A stretch of DNA of 64,000 nucleotides from Planctomycetota bacterium (lineage in GTDB: Bacteria; Planctomycetota; GCA-002687715; CAIWVZ01): NCBI GenBank assembly GCA_044222185.1, contig JBGANV010000002.1, positions 832,001 to 896,000 on the forward strand. Direction: 5' to 3'. Position numbers and translations under genes: made by a program. Below are positions 59,901-64,000 of the stretch, piece by piece. Under the pieces are notes generated by a model, which was given only the letters and a program-made list of their open reading frames with translations, did not search any database and had not been told where the DNA came from. The stretch's first letter is position 1, and each line of letters opens with the position of its first letter.

Positions 59901-59993
59901 GGGATCGACGACCGAGCGCACGGTGAGGGTCTGGCCGTCGGCGACCACGACGAGGGCAGCGACGAACACGGCGATCCGGGCGTGACTGATCAA
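56967..59993 (-). CDS. Secreted IPT/TIG-domain protein with Gly-rich C-terminal domain (~1008 aa)
   Basis: TTG start with GGAGAGG RBS, signal peptide, ISPKGGPVTGGNTVHIAGTNF, Gly-rich tail similar to the neighbouring gene's. Confidence 0.82.
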   Translation of the reverse strand: MISHARIAVFVAALVVVADGQTLTVRSVVDPSAVAPSASFIPGEVLQIDVAGFAPLLPITILIGGCGAVPCTTYSFTHPLLSGALEIDPAHWIPVPGWDGLGLNGGNPAAPGLRTDLTGNVRLFVSVPVGALAGLPAIFQLQAIGLQNPTSGATFLASPHVDLRFDEPAALGPVTLVTPHTFTEGTTPTIEIRGPVLARAPFLPSIRFSTTGACGGALSSFATNVTVVTAASGAVLRCTAPSTIGGGTSGINSPTGEILVTVDYTSSGLFPNHPANATSSTISSPESSSTFLAFQSAVLPTITAISPKGGPVTGGNTVHIAGTNFLDCATVIFTSFGGSDALSPSVTVISGTQIDAVVPAGAEGVAAVTVRNRDHVSSSPRQSALSAPTTDYVYYNFVAGGVTVTSVTPGSIDEGAAGSAGTIVGTCPVIGGYSLLDPAIGAAQVRVGSNILGTDADAALVAQPVSITAPGQFSIAVTFPGYPPGLNPTGASGSSGPGLTNTGTKFVRITLPSQFSTVHRDYASIPANEPSNHVVYRGPAPTVLSIEPNNVGRVAGGQTIDVKGNNFFTQATSFGTATPTTTTIAAYSALNLAAALTFSAMIDEHTLRFTTPDVTNSGLLLPFGLDVIAANVDGQPSSTPVIQPGGELRDNVTGNDFTLVPGLAGQAPHPFALTGSSISLDTVVSGSGPVIFTFDLDTTIPAGFLVNAHGAAPLIIRCRGNLTLDGTIDLSGESLIATDQVPAGAGIGGDAVSLANLSLQSSSAGASGTAPNNPFLGVPFAQAFGGGGGHAWIAAGGGGGAMSTAGVAGQDAPSPYVAAGGLGGNAYSFPTLYLPFPQLTGSTGLQFGLPPGGAGGGAGGIGSTTPVTASSVFADLGQNGRGGHGGGGLFLACDGILTINGTINTNGGDGGSGGVNVITTYSGGGGGGGGGGGIGLAALQGIRIGDTAVITGIGGTGGVGGTVGSNNGGGGAKAIIRIAIPTQSATPAFARQISLSAMIDPPADTTDF

Positions 59994-60151
59994 GCGCCTC
60001 TCCCAAGCAATCCCGAACGTGGCTTCGGCACGACACCCCCGCCATTGGACGACCGACTCGACCAGCCTTCCCTCGCGGTCGGACGGACCCGACGAGGTCG
60101 TCGTGCGGCGCGCGGGGACGCGACGAGGACTCCAAGCGTTTGCGGCGTCGT

Positions 60152-60181
60152 ATACTATGGCCCTCCTGCGAGCACGGTCAA
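60152..60181 (-). promoter_or_regulatory. Putative sigma70 promoter for the IPT genes
   Basis: TTGACC-N18-TAGTAT on the minus strand in the divergent intergenic region. Confidence 0.45.
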
Positions 60182-60324
60182 TCGCACAGTGACTGGGTTT
60201 GGAGCGTGGGTGACAGCCCGCGCCCCGGCCGCTTTTGGTGAGATCGTTCCGTGTTATCCAGGGCGCCGCACGCGTGCGTCGACCGGTTCGCTCGGATCTC
60301 ACACCCGGAAAACTGGCCCACCGT

Positions 60325-62064
60325 ATGCCCGAGCTCCAAGTCCTGACTGGACCGCTCCAGTGGAAAACCGTCCGATTGGAGGGGTCGCGATTCCTCATCG
60401 GGCGGAAGGACGGTTGCCATCTCGTGCTCAAGGATGGGTGGGTGTCCCGTGAGCACACGGTCATCATCGAGCCGCAGCCGGGCGAATTCCACGTCCAGGA
60501 CCTGGACAGCGAGAACGGCACCTACCTGAATGCGGAGCGGATCCGCGAGCGGGTGATGAAACACGGGGACATTCTCCGCGTCGGCCGTACGGAGATGCGA
60601 TTCGTTCTGCGGGCGACTGCAGGCGATCCGGCGTTTCCGCCCCAGGCGAACGTACCGCCACCGCCACCCGCCGCGTCGCCTGCGCCAGGACCGGCGGACG
60701 CTCCCAAGCCTGCACGCGTGTTCGACATGACGCAGACCGTCATCGACAGTCGCATCACCAACGGCCCGCCATCCGACACGCCGCGGATCGATCTTCGCGA
60801 GCGCGTTCGGCGCCTGGAGAGCCGGCTCCATCAGCTGGAGGAGGACAACGCCGCGTTCGCGGCCGAGAACGCCGTGCTCAAGCGCAACTTCGCCCGGATG
60901 GGGTTGCTCGATCGCACGACCGGTCAGGTGGACGTGTCCCGTTTGACTCCTCAGAGCCGGCCGGTCGTTCCGGAATCGCTCGTGCCGTTCATCTCGAATC
61001 CGTCGGCGCACATCGCGTTTCCCACGCCTGACGGCGGCGCGGTCGAGCCTGAGACCGTGCGACCCTCGGGGTGCCCGCCGGGGGTCTTGAAGGTGGGCAT
61101 TTTGGGGATCGACGGCGCCGGGCAACGTCTGGCCGAGGCTTTTGCACGTCTGGGCTACCTCCGCAACGTCGTTGTGGTTTGCGAACGCGACTCCATGCGC
61201 GGCGGCATGATCGAGCCTGAGTGGAGGTTGTTCGTCGACGTGCCGGAGCGGGCGCGTGGACCGGCCGATCACCCGCTGAACGCAGTTCTTCCGCGGATCG
61301 AGGAAGTCTGTGCTTCGGCGTTTGCTGGCGCTTGTGACCTCGTGTTCATTTGTTGCGATCTGGCCAGCCCGCTTGCCGCGGACGCCGTATCCATGCTCGC
61401 GGGTGTGATCCGCGGCCACGGGGTCAGGGTTGGCGCGCTGGTCCTGATCGATGACACGGAAGCGGGGCGTGAGCCGCAGAAGGCGGGGCGCGCCGCGGCG
61501 ACGTGGTCGGCGCTTCGGGCGGCGAGCGATGCGGGGACGGTTGGCCCGGTAATTGCCGCGGAACGGAGTCGGTTTGGAGCTTCGGCTTCGGGGCCGGGCC
61601 GGTCGATGGATGATTCGGTGGCGGGCGTCTGCGACGCACTTCTGCGACTACCGGCGATGCCGGGACTGGTGGCGGACTGGGAGCCCTCGCACGCCCGTGA
61701 GTGTCTTCTCGAGCAAGGGTTTGCGACCATGGGACGCGCGGCGTCAAAAGACGCGGGTGAGGATGCGCTCGAGCGTTGCGCTCGGCACGCGATCACCAAG
61801 GGTGCCATGTGCGGGCTGATGCCAGCCTCGCGCGCCCGGTCGGCCTTCGTTTTCGGGATGGTCGGAAGCGAGATCCTGGCCAAGGAGCCTGCTGCGGCAG
61901 GCCGGCTGGAATCTGCCTTGGAGCGAGTGTCCGGGGATTTGCCCCAGGCGCGACGCCTCCGCGGCGTTTATCAGGACGCAGGACGATGGGTTCGCACGGT
62001 GGCGTTTCTGGGCGGGCAGCCCTTCCCCGAAACGCCTTGGCTCGAGCGTGAGAAGAGGCGCTGA
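60325..62064 (+). CDS. FHA domain + Pro-rich linker + coiled coil + tubulin/FtsZ-like domain
   Basis: Intact FHA motifs (IGR, VSREH, SENGT). From about 61084: KVGILGIDGAGQRLAEAF, CDLVFIC, VGALVL, GFATMG, RGVY..VAFLGG, following FtsZ/CetZ topology. Confidence 0.72.
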   Translation: MPELQVLTGPLQWKTVRLEGSRFLIGRKDGCHLVLKDGWVSREHTVIIEPQPGEFHVQDLDSENGTYLNAERIRERVMKHGDILRVGRTEMRFVLRATAGDPAFPPQANVPPPPPAASPAPGPADAPKPARVFDMTQTVIDSRITNGPPSDTPRIDLRERVRRLESRLHQLEEDNAAFAAENAVLKRNFARMGLLDRTTGQVDVSRLTPQSRPVVPESLVPFISNPSAHIAFPTPDGGAVEPETVRPSGCPPGVLKVGILGIDGAGQRLAEAFARLGYLRNVVVVCERDSMRGGMIEPEWRLFVDVPERARGPADHPLNAVLPRIEEVCASAFAGACDLVFICCDLASPLAADAVSMLAGVIRGHGVRVGALVLIDDTEAGREPQKAGRAAATWSALRAASDAGTVGPVIAAERSRFGASASGPGRSMDDSVAGVCDALLRLPAMPGLVADWEPSHARECLLEQGFATMGRAASKDAGEDALERCARHAITKGAMCGLMPASRARSAFVFGMVGSEILAKEPAAAGRLESALERVSGDLPQARRLRGVYQDAGRWVRTVAFLGGQPFPETPWLEREKRR

Positions 62065-62124
62065 CGGGGCGCCGCGTGCGAACGCCGAACATGAGGGGCC
62101 ACATGGGACTCGCTGGATCACGAC

Positions 62125-63660
62125 ATGGACATCTTGGATCGCGCGGGGGGAGCCCTCCTCGGGATGGCAATCGGCGAGGCGCTCGGCGCACCGCTCGAGG
62201 GCCTGACGCATGAGCAGGTGCTGAAACGACTGGGGCGGCTGGAGGGATTCGTCGATCCGCGGCGGACGCAGCCTCCTTATCGTTCGGGGTATTTCCAACT
62301 CGGCGTGTACGAGGACGAGACGCAGATCGCGCTCGCCGCGGCGGAAGTCGCCATCAAGAACAACGGGTTCTCACCGGACCTGTTTCGCGACCGCCTGGAT
62401 GAGCTCGGACAGCCCGTCGACGGCAACGCGTTCGGTTGTTTCCGGCGCGCACGGCGGAACTTCCGCGTTGCCGTCAGGCGCATGCAGAAGGGCGCGACCT
62501 GGCAGACCTCGGGCGTGAACACAGCGGGCAGCGGGGCCGCGAGCCGAGGAATCCCCATCGGGGTCTACTACCACTCCGATCGCGTCCAGCGGACACGCAA
62601 GGCGATCGAGGCGGGCCTCGTCACGCACAAGGACCCGCGAGGAATCGCTGCATCGGTGGCCATGGCGCACGGTACGGCGGTCGCGATGGCTGCCGCGCCG
62701 CAGGGCTTCGACATCGAGGGGTTCATCAGGACCCTCGTTGCAGAGTGCCGCGAGGCCGAAGACGTGATGGCGGCGGAGTACGGGCAGTATCTGCAGGTGG
62801 GTTTCGAGCCGTTCCTGCACCAGATCTCCGACGGTCTGAAGATGCTGACCGAGCTCGTGACCCTGGACCTCGAGCCCGCGTTCGCGAAGATCGTCGGGTT
62901 CGCTCACGGCAAGGGATCCCGACCGATCACGCAGGCGACGCGTGGCTTCTCTCTGACGGAGCTGCTCACGACGTTCTACTTCTTCCTCACGGGCCTCGAT
63001 TCGTACGAGGAAACCGTGCTCGACGTCGTTGCGGAGGGTGGAAGCAGCGATTCGCTCGGTTGCCTCGTGGGCGGACTCCTCGGCGCCTTGCACGGTGCCC
63101 GGGGGATCCCCGATACGTGGCGCGCTCAGCTGAAGAACTCGGACCAGGTCGAGCTGCGCGGGCGAATCCTGGGGGGTGCGCCGCGCGAAGGGTTGAAGTC
63201 CCTCCTTCTCCTCGAGGCAGCACTCACGCAGCCGATTCCGAAGGTCCGGCCCAAGCAGAAGGGGGACGCACAACGCGGTGGTCCGCGTCGCGGCCCTCAA
63301 CGCGGCGGTGGCCGAGGCGGGCCGCGAGGGCGGCCGATGCGCGGAGGCCCGCGCGGAGCCGGGGGAGGCCGCGGGGCCCCGAGGGGCGGACCGGGCGGAA
63401 GGCGTCCCATGGGCGGCCGCGGCGGCGGTCCGGGCCGGGGGCCCGGGGGAGGCGGCATGCGCGGCGGCCCGGGCGGCAGGCCTGGCGGTCGGCCCGGGTA
63501 TGGTGGCGGACCTCGTCCGCCCGGGCGTTCCGGTTACGGTGGCGGCCCCGGGCCGACCCGTCCGCCGTCGGGGGACTGGCCGCCGGCACCCGGGGGCGGT
63601 CCCGGCGCGTCGCCGGATCGGCCCCGGCCGCGTCGGAGTTCCCCTGAGGCACCGGAATGA
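62125..63660 (+). CDS. ADP-ribosylglycohydrolase (DraG/ARH) family protein with RGG-rich tail
   Basis: GALLGMAIGEALG, YEDETQ, AGSGAASR..PIG, VTH, GGSSDSLGCLVGGLLGALHG..IP..W, then about 140 aa of R/G/P low complexity. Confidence 0.88.
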   Translation: MDILDRAGGALLGMAIGEALGAPLEGLTHEQVLKRLGRLEGFVDPRRTQPPYRSGYFQLGVYEDETQIALAAAEVAIKNNGFSPDLFRDRLDELGQPVDGNAFGCFRRARRNFRVAVRRMQKGATWQTSGVNTAGSGAASRGIPIGVYYHSDRVQRTRKAIEAGLVTHKDPRGIAASVAMAHGTAVAMAAAPQGFDIEGFIRTLVAECREAEDVMAAEYGQYLQVGFEPFLHQISDGLKMLTELVTLDLEPAFAKIVGFAHGKGSRPITQATRGFSLTELLTTFYFFLTGLDSYEETVLDVVAEGGSSDSLGCLVGGLLGALHGARGIPDTWRAQLKNSDQVELRGRILGGAPREGLKSLLLLEAALTQPIPKVRPKQKGDAQRGGPRRGPQRGGGRGGPRGRPMRGGPRGAGGGRGAPRGGPGGRRPMGGRGGGPGRGPGGGGMRGGPGGRPGGRPGYGGGPRPPGRSGYGGGPGPTRPPSGDWPPAPGGGPGASPDRPRPRRSSPEAPE

Positions 63661-64000
63661 ACGAGTTCCTGGAGTTCGACCACCAGAGCGACAAGGGCAT
63701 GGTCCGGTCAGAGAACCAGGACCGTGCCGGCGTCTGGGTGCCGCCCGCGTTGGACGAGGCGCGAAGGAAGGGCACGCTCTTCGTCGTCTGCGACGGCATG
63801 GGTGGTCATAACGGCGGAAGCGTCGCGAGCGCGACGACCGTCGACGCATTGCTCGCGAGCTATCGCGAGGGGGACCAGCCAGGTGTGCGCAGCCGCCTCG
63901 CGGCTTCGATCGACCGTGCGAACGCGGCCGTGCGCGTGAAGGCCGGCGCCGACATCACGCTGCGGAACATGGGAACGACCTGCGTTGCGGTCGCCATCCG
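63657..64000 (+). CDS. PP2C/PPM Ser/Thr protein phosphatase (3' partial; not in the ORF track)
   Basis: Hand translation SDKGMVRSENQD..LFVVCDGMGGHNGG..MGTTCVAV. ATGA overlap with the ARH stop. Confidence 0.92.
   Translation, partial: MNEFLEFDHQSDKGMVRSENQDRAGVWVPPALDEARRKGTLFVVCDGMGGHNGGSVASATTVDALLASYREGDQPGVRSRLAASIDRANAAVRVKAGADITLRNMGTTCVAVAI

Noticed and set aside
59994-60521. N-terminal 176 aa of the 1184-aa ORF
   Set aside because: Overlaps the divergent promoter region and the FHA gene; the RBS and signal peptide support TTG 59993.
1-64000. tRNA, rRNA, integrase, transposase or prophage genes
   Set aside because: None recognised by eye; a covariance-model scan was not possible.

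Overview
GC-rich bacterial window, probably Planctomycetota (inferred from the eukaryote-like Ser/Thr kinases, FHA proteins, FG-GAP and IPT/TIG secreted proteins, and a bL37-type peptide). All calls come from motif reading; no database searches were run. In order, it holds: a partial HEAT-repeat gene, a hemerythrin, an RND efflux operon ending in an FHA-serine protease, a frameshifted FG-GAP gene, an orphan TatT, a full kdp operon with an extra upstream micro-peptide, a Ser/Thr kinase, a CPA2 antiporter, citrate synthase and an ECF/anti-sigma pair. A complete heme cluster follows (hemE-N-H-Y-ccsA-A-C, a 5.5 kb interruption, then hemD-B-L), then an OYE oxidoreductase, a binding-protein/zincin fusion, bL37 and two giant IPT/TIG proteins. 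The best novelty candidate is at the right edge: a probable operon encoding an FHA-coiled-coil-tubulin/FtsZ-like protein with a degenerate GTPase signature, an ADP-ribosylglycohydrolase-like protein with altered metal motifs and an RGG-rich tail, and a PP2C phosphatase. Three REPIN-like inverted-repeat doublets of one family lie in intergenic spaces.
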